A stretch of 63,273 bases of DNA, counting the filler, from Basidiobolus ranarum (Eukaryota), in assembly GCA_040143965.1 (NCBI GenBank). It is 37 parts of 37 records of this genome, joined end to end, with 100 filler letters (N's around TTAATTAATTAA, not from the genome) between each part and the next. Parts side by side here need not be neighbours in the genome. Positions count along the whole stretch, not along the records: positions 24,044 to 25,658 come from JASJQH010011586.1; positions 25,759 to 27,372 come from JASJQH010011587.1; positions 27,473 to 29,085 come from JASJQH010011588.1; positions 29,186 to 30,798 come from JASJQH010011589.1; positions 30,899 to 32,510 come from JASJQH010011590.1; positions 32,611 to 34,222 come from JASJQH010011591.1; positions 34,323 to 35,934 come from JASJQH010011592.1; 30 more parts are not named here. One strand, 5' to 3'. The position numbers and the translations under genes were made by a program. Positions 24,612-36,034 of the stretch are shown piece after piece. Under the pieces are notes generated by a model, which was given only the letters and a program-made list of their open reading frames with translations, made no database searches and was not told where the DNA came from. Numbering within the stretch: the stretch's first letter is position 1; every line of letters starts with the position of its first letter.

Positions 24612-25658
24612 TGATAAAAGTGCTAAGGGGATTTGAAAGTGTCTTGGACAAGATTTGTTTTGTGTGTTAGACACTAAAGTTTTAATGAATTGAATAAGTC
24701 CTATTTAAAGTTTACTCTGAACTAGGACTATTAGATGTGTGTAGATCATCACAAACATGCTTGTTAAGCATAGGTGGAAATTTGAGATAATTTGGATATG
24801 TTTTGAGAAAATAGTCAAAGTGATCTAATTGATAGTTCTAACCATGGGAGAAATAAACACACATTTTTGAATGGCAGAATTGAGTAATCAATCATCACAA
24901 TATGAATAAACTAACTACCAAATAATGTGCTGCTATTTACCTAATTTAAACATTGCCCCCCAACTAATTATTATGTATGTTTCCTAACTTAAATCTTAAT
25001 AATTCAAATTGTGCCTTAGCTATAGGTTTGGTTAGGATGTTGGAAAATATTTCTTTACTAGGGCAATAGACAGGTTCTATTTTAGCTGTCTCTATTTCTT
25101 CTCTAATAAAATGATGCCATAAAACTCTATGTTTTGTTTTGGTATGAAATACAGGGTTTTTACATAATGCAATACAACTTTGATTATTATCAAATATAGT
25201 AATAGAACGTTTTTACTCATATCCAAAGAAAGTAAATACCTTCCTTGACCATATAGTTTCTTGTGTAGTAGCAGAGGCTGCCATATAGTCTGCTTTGGTA
25301 GTGTAAAGTGCTATGGTTGGTTGCTTCTTACTATTCCAAGTTATGGCTCCATTAGATATAAATACCTGAATATTTGCTTTACTGCAGTTTTGTGCTCAGA
25401 TACTAGATTTGCAGATATTGGCTCACAGTGCCCACCACTACAGCAATGTCTTGACATGTTCCAACCATTGTTTACATTCAACTACTCACCATGAATTGTT
25501 AAGGCAATTACAGGCCTTGATTTGTGTCATTTTGGGCCAAATTGGATAAACCTTTTTATTAATTTGACAACATGATCCATTGGTATAGATATGGGCTTGC
25601 TATTCACCATATTAAGTGTTTTAGGATGTCTAGGATATATATAGACTGATTTAGCATG
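24612..25658 (-). mobile_element. Copia family B 3' end: RT/RNase H, PPT, 3' LTR (24612-24952)
   Basis: Reverse complement of LTR-B preceded by AGTTGGGGGCAA; IALCKNPVFHTKTKH RNase H motif. Confidence 0.85.
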
Positions 25659-27073
25659 NNNNNNNNNNNNNNNNNNNNNNNNNNNNNNNNNNNNNNNNNN
25701 NNTTAATTAATTAANNNNNNNNNNNNNNNNNNNNNNNNNNNNNNNNNNNNNNNNNNNNCACTACAAATGTGAGCCTCTTTTTAAAACATATTTACTTTTT
25801 GTGTGCATATAACTTAGACCATGTTATGATATTTTTTACTTTTGAATTTAAAGGAGTTACAAAGACTTGTATGTTTGGGGATATTCATACATACGAACTT
25901 ATCTCAAAATAATGCTACAAACTTAACAGCCTCATCGCATGATATTGATATGGACAGTACGACACTGGTGGTAATACTCATGTACATTCCGGGTTCGGGA
26001 TCGATGACCGTTATACGTAGCGGACTCTCCCGGATTGAACTTGGTCCAATAGTTGTACTTGATACGTTCGTGCTTGATCATCGTCGTAACTCATTTCTGT
26101 TGACCTGAGGTGAACAGAACCGGATGACCTTGTGATAATGAATCATTTAACTTATTCTATATACAAATACAACAAATCAGGATTCTTCGTTCTCTAGCGG
26201 ATAGTATACACAACCATCAATTTTAGGCGAAGAATGCATGCTAACAGTCCAAACATCTAATTCTATGCTGCTTCATTGAATTCAACACATACCAATACTC
26301 TTCGCTTATTCTAAATTCCACTCATATCTACTATATAGTACTACATTTGCTTAGTGAGCCATATTCTAGTTTGAATAACAAATTATTAAATTTACATCTG
26401 ATTATTTTATTAATTATCTGATTTGCTATATTTGGGGATTTTGAACTTCCAATCTGATAATCTTTTGCTAATATTAAGTAAGGTTTGTTACCAAACTGAA
26501 ATTTTTCTCACCAATCTGCACCTAGAACTCATCCGCTACATCCTTTTACGGATGTAAATACTTCTCAGACTCCAATCATGAGAAGTGCTCGGGTTTTTTC
26601 AATGATCTTGCCACACCGCTAGTTGGGATGATTCACTATTCCGACAGCATGCATTATTTTCAAAATTTCCATTCATAGATTGCATAATATATATATATAT
26701 GGCCTATTAAACGAAAATTTGAAGAGTGTAATCTGATCAATTCTTGCTTACCAAGATTGTTACCTTGTAAAAATATTATCAGATTGAATGGGGATAACAA
26801 AAGAGAGAATAACTGGAAGGTATATGGTACAGCATAGTCATGAGATATGACCATTAGTAACGCCTTACTTTAATCTGCATTAAAATGCTGTGTGTACGAA
26901 AATGAAGAGCATGAAGTGACACCACAGAATAGCATCTAGTTATAGAATAATATCAGTCCATTGTATTGTCTAAGCAAGTAAAATACTTCAAAGCAGCAAA
27001 AACATGATGCCTACGATTACTATAAATGAGAAGAAATTCTTTTGAAGCGGTATCCAAACAATTCCTTTTCATC

Positions 27074-27372
27074 ATGTCTTCAAAGGTCTTCAGTCTTCTT
27101 CTTTCTGTCTTGGGTGCCATGAGCGTCATCGATGCTGCCCCTGCCAATTGCTATAACATTCCTTCTGCTGGTGGTTGTATTGACGGATGTAACATGGTAG
27201 GTCTACTAATTTCTTCAAAGCATTGAAGGCTTGTATTGATATGTAAACATTACTTTGTCATGCTAATAGCAAGCAGGTATCCAATTGTTTGATGACTACA
27301 GCAGTGATCTTACCAGTCCTTTCTTCGTGAAATCCTTGGCTTTACAATGTGATCGTGCTAACCCCAACTTTA
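27074..27372 (+). CDS. Small secreted cysteine-rich protein, exons 27074-27196 and 27270-27372, 3' partial
   Basis: Signal peptide MSSKVFSLLLSVLGAMSVIDA; GGCIDGCNM | QAGIQLFDDYSSDLTSPFFVKSLALQCDRANPNF; GTAGGT...GCTAATAG intron; TATAAAT at 27021; homologous to the gene at 49234. Confidence 0.85.
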
Positions 27373-27472
27373 NNNNNNNNNNNNNNNNNNNNNNNNNNNN
27401 NNNNNNNNNNNNNNNNTTAATTAATTAANNNNNNNNNNNNNNNNNNNNNNNNNNNNNNNNNNNNNNNNNNNN

Positions 27473-29085
27473 TGTAGGCTCAATGGTCTGACACATATTC
27501 TGCTCTGCTAGATTGTCACAGTGATGTTCATATGTATGGTGTGGGATTGATTGAAATCCCATATGAGAATGGAAGGAGGGAGCAGCATGTTGCTGTAGCT
27601 CAAGTACAGCATTCTGAAGGTCTTGTATCATTGTTGAGTGACTCTATAACTATTGACTAGTTGCTTCCAAATGCTGCATTAATTGCAATATTGTGGCATT
27701 CTTACTTGTTGTGGCCTATATAGCAACTTTGTAGTTTTACTTATGATTGCCTAAAAATCATTACGGTGTTTTGCCTGCAATTCCCTTGTTGTAATAATTC
27801 TATCCAAATTTTCTGCAGATGGCTGTTCAATACTGGGCAAAGTAGCCATTTTGGTAGTTGATGGTCTTGATGGTGTTTAGTTTAATCTTTGCTCAACTAT
27901 TGATTTGTAATGTGATTGGGGGATTACAATCTCTTCACTTGCAGTATTGCTGGAAAGGAACAGATCAGGTAAATTAAGTCAAGATACTGTGGCGTTAACA
28001 CAGTTATATGACCAGAATGATGTAGATAGAAAAGCAACTTTGGTCACACCAGTAAGTCCAGACAACTTTGAAGACAAGCTGCTAGATGTTGACCTTGGTT
28101 ATTCCAGTACTGATGGTAGTACATCAGAAGTTGAAGAAGACAATGGTTTTGTTACAGACTCTTTGTTATTGGCAAGCATTAGTCCACTCATGACACTCAC
28201 AGTAAAGGAACAGCTTTGATTATTGAGGAGTGGAGAGTTCAATCCAATCTTAGCAACCAGGTGTTTATTGGTTTTCTTACACTTTACCATAGTTGATTTG
28301 CAACTGTTGCTTGCCACAGGCCTGGTACAAGTGGAAAACACTTGTCAATAGTATGACTTCTAATCCTTCAATAGTTAAACTACCTCCATGTTCAAAAGGT
28401 TATTTGGCTTTCACCGGTGATCTGAAAAACCTGAAATTTTGCACTCTTTGCATACAATTGCCAATCACTGAATTGGTAAATATTGTTCACATTTGGCTTA
28501 CATACCATTGATTCCCCATCTTAAAGCTTTGATGATATCACCCAAATATTGATCATTGATCCAATACCAAAGAACTCACCATAAAGCTGTTGGTATTATA
28601 AATATAGTTGATGGATATCACTACCAGATTCTGAAAAGTCAAGGTTTCTTTGAGAGCACTTATGATCATGAATTTCCATTGGCTCTGGATGGTTTCTCAC
28701 TAAACATATATACTGTTGGAAAGGCTTGCTGGCCATTAACTTTAATTAACTTAAATCTTCCACCTTCTGAACAGTGTAAGAGTCATAATTTTTTGATACC
28801 ATCCATCATATCTTGACTTGAGTCACCAGTACTTCTAGATAGCTTCATGGAGCCTTTGATTGTGGAATTTGAATGGTTATCTTGCTGTAGATTGTGTCAA
28901 ATCAATGGAGTTTACTCTATCAGGCATATGCATCACTACTATGCAAGTACAACATTAAACTGCATAATTTTACCATCAAGAGCCCAGTCAGATTTCTACA
29001 TGATCAATGATATGAATTCACCAAATAGTCAGTCTAACATCACACTTGGGATTAGCCATACCCTAAGATTATTTTAAGGGGATCA
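27473..29085. mobile_element. Internally deleted CMC/CACTA copy: ORF2 (minus, to ~27985) fused to transposase (plus)
   Basis: Matches 52200-52680 in reverse; LALDGF...WPLTLINLNLPPSE Transposase_21 motif. Confidence 0.85.
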
Positions 29086-29185
29086 NNNNNNNNNNNNNNN
29101 NNNNNNNNNNNNNNNNNNNNNNNNNNNNNTTAATTAATTAANNNNNNNNNNNNNNNNNNNNNNNNNNNNNNNNNNNNNNNNNNNN

Positions 29186-29492
29186 CCACCGTGACCAAGT
29201 CAAAACTAGCCTCCTCAAAAGGCAACTCCTCGGCAATGCCAACCGAGTAAGTGATATTATCGGCTTGGGCAGCCTCGGCGATCTGAGACTCAGAAATATC
29301 AATACCATGGACCTGTTCGAAATTATTAGCAAGCCCCTGGGTGACCTGACCGGTACCAGTGGCCACATCCAACGCCTTTCCATACCCACCTTTGTGAAAC
29401 TTGTAGATACTTTGGAAAAGCTCCTCGGTGTAGCTTGGGCGGAATTGGGAATACGCCTTGCTGTTATATGCTTTAGAAGAAAAATTGGACAT
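29186..29492 (-). CDS. Class I SAM-dependent methyltransferase (Methyltransf_11, Crg1/Tmt1-like), 3' partial
   Basis: MSNFSSKAYNSKAYSQFRPSY, motif I ALDVATGTGQV, GIDIS, AEELPFEEASFDLVTV. Confidence 0.9.
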
Positions 29493-29905
29493 AATTTCGG
29501 AAGTAAATTGCGTAAACCTACACACAATATCGCCTATTTATATACATGAATCGGGCTCCGTGAGAAAGATTATCCGCGTTATCGATTACGTTTGCATAAT
29601 CCAGAATCCGCAGTTTCTGATAAGGGAATTTATTCGACAATCGAGTGATCATTTATCTATATTAGATTTGCTTCATGAGGTGAGAGATTGTCCAAAAAAA
29701 TGAATCAGGCTGTACATAGGTAAGCAAACCGGTCAAATAGAAAACTTGCTGGAAGGGGATTCGCTAAATTTGGATACTGAGTCAGGTTCAAGGTAACACT
29801 TTGATACTATTTACATCTTGATCTCGGTGAATGCCTACTAGCGATTGGGCTTTTTCGTAGTCTGAGGGTAGTGACTACGAATTGGAAGTTGTCGCTTGCG
29901 TGTTC

Positions 29906-30798
29906 TCAGATATAGTTCGCTACTTTACCTACGTTGGTGTTATCCAATGCTGCGTCTACCTCGTTGAGCACAAAGAACGGTGAAGCTGTGAATCGCGAAT
30001 AACAAGGCAAGAGCGGCGACGATTTTCTATCCATCTGAGAGCTGCTCCATATCACGGATGCGTTTCGTCGGTAGCATGGCATGATATTTAACCCCGTCCA
30101 GGTACGGCTCCTTACCATCCTCTAAGCTGAGACAGGCTGTTCCGCTTAGTGGGAAGGTTTTGTTTTCAGACAGATCCTTGTAGATCTGATCAATCTTTAC
30201 CGCGATGTAGCTGTACGCTTTGTAGAACTTCTAGTACTTTTGCTGCTTGATGGAGTTTAACATTTCCTTGACTTCTCTGCGTGCCTCTTCAAACTCCTCC
30301 ACGGTGCTTCTCAACTGATTCTGTACCTCTCCCACGCGGTCGAACACCTTGAGGTTGAGTGCTAAACGCTCGATTTCCTTTTGAATAGACTTGTTCCATC
30401 AGGCCAGGGGTTATCAGACCTTGACTCAATATAATAAAGTAACCATATTGAAATTGATTGTGCTAGAGGGTACCGGATAGCGCCAAATTGTGGCGCATAA
30501 TTTTAGAATACTTTATCCAATATTCTATATACAGCACGATCCGGCACTATAGAGGGGAACAAGTCCAATGTCTTTGATCCTTTCCCTGAAATCATTGTCT
30601 AATTCGTTATTGACATTCTCCTTTTGACTACGGAATAAAGAAGAGAAGTTCACCTCGATTGTCCGGTCAGAAGGAACGCCTGGTACCTCCTCAATGGATC
30701 CCCGAGCCAACGGAAGCTTGATCTCTTCCAATTTACAGCGCCTAAAGATTGCGGTTCCCTCGACGTTTAATTCTTCGAGCACCAACTTCATCATTAGA
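29906..30798 (-). pseudogene. SMC1: SMC1 (cohesin) C-terminal fragment, pseudogene
   Basis: [26 protein letters not shown], signature decayed to DMEQLSDG*K, Walker B/D-loop [16 protein letters not shown]; in-frame stops and a MITE insertion. Confidence 0.88.
30387..30566. mobile_element. 180-bp MITE (Tourist/PIF-like termini) with a 3-bp AAT/ATT target duplication
   Basis: GACTTGTTCC (30388-30397) and GGAACAAGTC (30556-30565) form a perfect inverted repeat; AAT at 30384-30386 and 30567-30569; removal restores SMC1 IKDIQKEIER. Confidence 0.85.
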
Positions 30799-30898
30799 NN
30801 NNNNNNNNNNNNNNNNNNNNNNNNNNNNNNNNNNNNNNNNNNTTAATTAATTAANNNNNNNNNNNNNNNNNNNNNNNNNNNNNNNNNNNNNNNNNNNN

Positions 30899-32510
30899 TG
30901 AGCTATCTTTGGGGCAATTTGGACGAGTTTGAAATTTCCAATATGTAATTGCTAATTCTCACATAATTCACATATATATAAAATATATGTTCCGATTTGC
31001 AGCTAAGTGGTATTTGACTAAATAATGTTGACTAACTAATATGTGATATATGAAATAGTTAGGTGTACAAAGATAGGGATAACATATATGATAAAGACAA
31101 TAAACTTCAACAGTTAACTTTATTTTTCCAGACTTGATGATTAGTTCCATCAGATTTTAGAGCAGAGGGAGAAGATCCATAAATCTGAGAAGTAGACATT
31201 ACAGAGAGAGACAACTTTTGGCTCATAACCTGTTGAAGTGCTTGGGAGCCTGTTTGAAGTGGTTTGGAGAATTAGAGAAATTAGTGGTTTTCACTTGTTG
31301 ACCTATTGAGTTAAAAGTTGACTTATATAGTTTTGTCAAGATATAAGCACACAAGCATGTCAAATATGCTAAGAAAGGTCCCAGGAACATTGGTGTAAGG
31401 TATGGGGCTTCTAGCACTAGTTTGAAAAATTCATGTAGTTGAGAACTTGTTGTTGAAATTAGCATTGCCTAAGCACCTATGCAGTCATATATAGCTTAGT
31501 ATTTAGTTATCTTAATTTCACTATGATTTTATCCATTGTTCTCAATTGGAATTTACTTAAAGTTCTCAGATTTATAGATATTTCAAACCTGTGCTAGAAG
31601 CTCCAAGCTTTGCACACATGTTTCTAGGACCTCTGTCAACATACTTTACACATCAGCTGTTTACATCTGGATAAAACTATAAGTGTCAACTTTCTATTCA
31701 ATAAAATATTAAGTGAAAACCACCAATTTCTCTAATTCACCAAACAACTTGCAACAGGCTCCCAAATACTTTAACACTTCTAAGTTGGTGTTAGCATTCT
31801 TGGTAAATTCAAATTGAAAATATTAGGCAATACAATTGTGAAATATAGGAGAACTAAATACTAAGCTATATATGACTATATAGGTGTTTAGGCAATGCTT
31901 ATTTCAACAAGAAGTTCTCAGCTATATGGATTCTTCAAACTAGTGCTAGAAGCTGTTAAAGTATATGGGAGCCTGTTGGAAGTAGTTTGGAGAATTAGAG
32001 GAATTGGTGGTTTTCACTTATTGATGTATTGAGCATAAAATTGACATTTATAGTTTTGTCAAGATGTAAATAAACTAACATGTAGAATATGTTAAGGAAG
32101 GTCCCCGGAATATATGTTCAATGTTTGGGGCTTCTAGCACAAGTTTGAAAAATCTATATATCTGAGAAATTCTAAGTTGGTAAAAATATTTGAAGTAAAT
32201 TCCAATTGAGAATAATTGATAATATCTTAGTGAATTATAAGATAACTAAGTAGTAAGCTATATATGACTATATAGGTGTTTAGGCAATGCTAATTTCAAT
32301 ACTCTCCCTCAACTAAATGGTTATAAAAACTAATCCTAATAAAGGTCTAAATTTCTCAAACTTCTGTCTAGCTACTGGTTTGGTTAGTATATCAGCAATC
32401 ATGTCTTCTGTAGAACAATAAGTTAAGTCAATAAACTTATTCTCTATAGTGTCTCTAATGAAGTGATGCTTAATATATATATGTGTTTGCTTCTATTATG
32501 AAACATCGGA
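30899..32510. mobile_element. Nested LTR pile: LTR-A (minus, to ~31112); LTR-C 5' LTR with PBS (minus, 31231-31909) containing a solo LTR-C (plus, 31451-31776); LTR-C fragment (plus, 31910-31953); LTR-C 3' LTR, PPT and RNase H (minus, 31954-32510)
   Basis: Comparison with the intact LTR-C at 60256-60601; TG...CA ends; TSD CTTGT/CTTCT around the solo LTR; MIADILTKP motif. Confidence 0.85.
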
Positions 32511-32610
32511 NNNNNNNNNNNNNNNNNNNNNNNNNNNNNNNNNNNNNNNNNNNNTTAATTAATTAANNNNNNNNNNNNNNNNNNNNNNNNNNNNNNNNNN
32601 NNNNNNNNNN

Positions 32611-34222
32611 ATAACACTTACTGTAAAGGAAGCAACTTTGATTATTGAGGAGTGGAGAGTTCAATCCAATCTTAGCAACCAGGTGTTTATTGGTTTTCTT
32701 ACACTTTGACCACAGTTGATTGGCTATTGTTGCTTGCCGCAGACCTGGTACAAGTGGAAAACACTTGTCAATCAAATGACTTATAATTCTTCTGTAATTA
32801 AACTACCTTCATGTCCAAATGGTTGTTTGGCTTTCACCAGCAATCTGAGAAACCTGAAGTCATTTAATATTTGCACTCAATTGGCAATCACTGAATCAGG
32901 TAAATATTGTTCATATTTGGCTTATGTACTGCAGATTCCCCATCTTAAAGGTTTGATTAAATCACCAAAATATAGATCATTTATCCAATACCAAATACTC
33001 ACCATAAAGCTGAAGGTATTACCAATACAATTGATGGATATAACTACCAGAATCTGAAAAGTCAAGGTTTCTTTGAGAATACATATGATCAAGCATTTGC
33101 ATTGGCTCTGTATGGTTTCTCAGTAAACAAATATACCATTAGAAAGGCTTGCGGGCCAATAATATTAATTGACTAAATCTTCCTCCTTCTAAATGGTATA
33201 AGAGTCATAATATATTGATACTATCCATCATATCTGGACCTAAATCACCAGTGCTTATAGATAGCTTCTTAGAGCCTTTAATTGCGGAATTGGAACAGTT
33301 ATCTAATCAGGTTCAGATGGGTGAATGTTTTATTAAAGCTAATATCCTTGTATGTATTGGTGACACTCCTGCCATCAGTAAACCTGGAGGTTCTTAAGGG
33401 CACAATGCACTATCTTGCTGTAGATTTTGTCAAAACAATGGAGTTCACTTTAACAGGCATATGCATTACTACTATCCAAATACAACTATAAGCTTTGTGA
33501 TTTTACCATCAAGAGCTCAGTCCAATTTCAATATGATCACTGATAACAATTCACCAAATAGTCAGTCCAACATCAAAATTGGTATTAGCTGTAAGCCTAA
33601 GATTATATTGCCAAAGGGGATCAGCTGGAGCCAGAGCTTCCCATTAGGCACCCTGCACTTACTATTAAACAGCATTCCAATACTACTTAATCAGCTATAT
33701 AGTGGAAAATTCAACATGAATGAGCCATTTAAGACAGGATCAGAGTTTGAATTGATTAGGTAAATGCTCTAAAACATCAAGATACCATCATATTTTAGCA
33801 GGCTCCCTTCAATATCCACTCATCTAGGCCTTAATACAAATGCAAAGACTGGAAGTATTGGATTTGTATATATTCAAGTTGAATTTTGAAAAGATTTCTG
33901 CCTGATAAGTATTGGCAATATTGGGAGTTGTTTGTTAATATTGTTAATATATTCTTACAGCATCAACTTACATTGGCAGATCTCAGGCAGGTACAGCAAT
34001 TGTGCCAAGATTTTGTAATTAGATATGAAAAACTATGTTACTGGTTTTATGAAGATAGACTGAATCTATGCTGATATGTGATACAATCCCAGCTGCATCT
34101 TTCATAATGCTTAGAGATTATAGGCTCTTGCAATACATTCTGGGAGTTCCCAATGGAGCACACCTGTGGTGAATTAATGCTCTCTGTGAAATTGTCAGTA
34201 TTACCATATGCTTATCTGATTA
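32611..34222 (+). mobile_element. CMC/CACTA transposase core, frameshifted
   Basis: CPNGCLAF, GPKSP...DSFLEPL, IGDTPAISK, CCRFC, FWEFPME. Confidence 0.9.
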
Positions 34223-34322
34223 NNNNNNNNNNNNNNNNNNNNNNNNNNNNNNNNNNNNNNNNNNNNTTAATTAATTAANNNNNNNNNNNNNNNNNNNNNN
34301 NNNNNNNNNNNNNNNNNNNNNN

Positions 34323-34873
34323 ACAATAACAAGAGTCAGCTATTTGCCAAGTGTCAGTGCTATTCAAGATTTCAGATATTTGGCTATTTTTACACCATGA
34401 GTTTGCTAGTAAAGCAGATTGATGTTTTTGAGTTATGTCTGCTCAGTCAAGTATATGCATATGTAGAGGCTAAACACAACAAGATTTTTGTATTTTTCAA
34501 TTCTCATTATGGCTGGAATACAAAGCCTGAAGTATCTAAATAAAGGCATGCATATTAATTTGAATTTCTACAGCAGTAAACCCAGTAATTTGCCATTCAA
34601 AAATTGAACTCCTATAGCAGTAGAACCAGTAATTTGCCATTTGAAAATCAGTTTTTTGCAAAAATTGTTGGATATTAAATAATGCATGCCAAATATGAGG
34701 ATGAATATTTTATCATGTATGAATACAATCAAAATACCATCAAGAAGCTATCATCTCACCATGAAAATCCCTGGCAGAATGCAAGCTACCAATATTGTGA
34801 TGGCTCTCTGATAGTTTTTTAATCTTTAAGAATGGATCCAATCCAGATCAAATCAGTTTTATTTTTGTCAGGG
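34323..34873 (+). mobile_element. CMC/CACTA right end
   Basis: Ends in TTTTTGTCAGGG at 34873; collinear with 22860-23344. Confidence 0.85.
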
Positions 34874-36034
34874 TTTAGGTATCTGGGAACATTCAAGTTG
34901 TTGTCAATATTCCATGTAAGTTCCTCATGAGAAGAATGGGTGATATCTTGGTTCAGCATAGGATAACTAAATACTGAGCTACATATTACTATATAGATGC
35001 TCAGGCAATGCCAATTTGAAAAATATAAGCCAACTTTTTGATACACCTGCTCTTAACTCTAAAGATTGAGTCTATGTGGCCTTGCCATATGCATGTTCCT
35101 AGTATGAAGTATTAGAGTATCTGTTAACAATGAGAATATACCTTATTACTTAAAGAATACTTGTGATACTGGTGTACCAGATTTCTTCAGACTCATATAA
35201 CAGGGAGGTAAATCATTTGCATGAGATATTCAGCAGTTGAAGTAATAAGATATAATGGATATGTGAGAGCAATAAGACACATTAGTTACATAGACTTAGA
35301 GATACACCTAATTAAAAATAGGGGCTATAGATACTATGCTTTGTTGTTTTAGATGTATGTATCGTAACTAAAGTTAACTGAGATATTGAATAAAGAATTT
35401 ATCCAACATGAAGCAAGAACTTTGAGGTATTATTTCTCCAATAAAAGTCAATGCGGATTATTTGGGTATATTTTATTTTGTTATGACAATATTTAGATAA
35501 CTCAATCCAACAATAAGACTGTCCGAGATAAACCTTGAAAGTATTGAAACAGCATTCAATCTCCCAACAAGTATAAAACGATAACTAAAATGATTTTCCC
35601 AAATTCTGTAAGATTAACTATGAATCAGTGATTTACCGATTTGTAGCTCCAAAATTCATCACCTATCACGAATTAACCAGGTACAGTACCACCCACGTAT
35701 CAGTCATATCAGTATGAAAGTCGACATAGATAAGTTGTTGAAAAGATGCCCACAAATAATCCCATTTTAAGTTAGAGGAATTAGTGGTTATTTGGGAATA
35801 GTTCTATATTTCATCCTACATTGGTTTGTTCATTCTAACCCAATGTACTTTGCCATAAAATACGGGTTCTACCTATTACGTGGTAAGCGAGCTGATTGTT
35901 CAAGGGGGGGGCGCGGGGGGGGGGGGGGGGGGGGNNNNNNNNNNNNNNNNNNNNNNNNNNNNNNNNNNNNNNNNNNNNTTAATTAATTAANNNNNNNNNN
36001 NNNNNNNNNNNNNNNNNNNNNNNNNNNNNNNNNN

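Noticed and set aside
34874..35046. Hydrophobic minus-strand peptide ending FSYPML, faintly like SCAP/HMG-CoA reductase N-termini
   Set aside because: Too short and weak; no supporting downstream sequence
35904..35934. Poly-G tract, possible G-quadruplex
   Set aside because: Lies at a contig end; typical of two-colour sequencing no-signal artefacts
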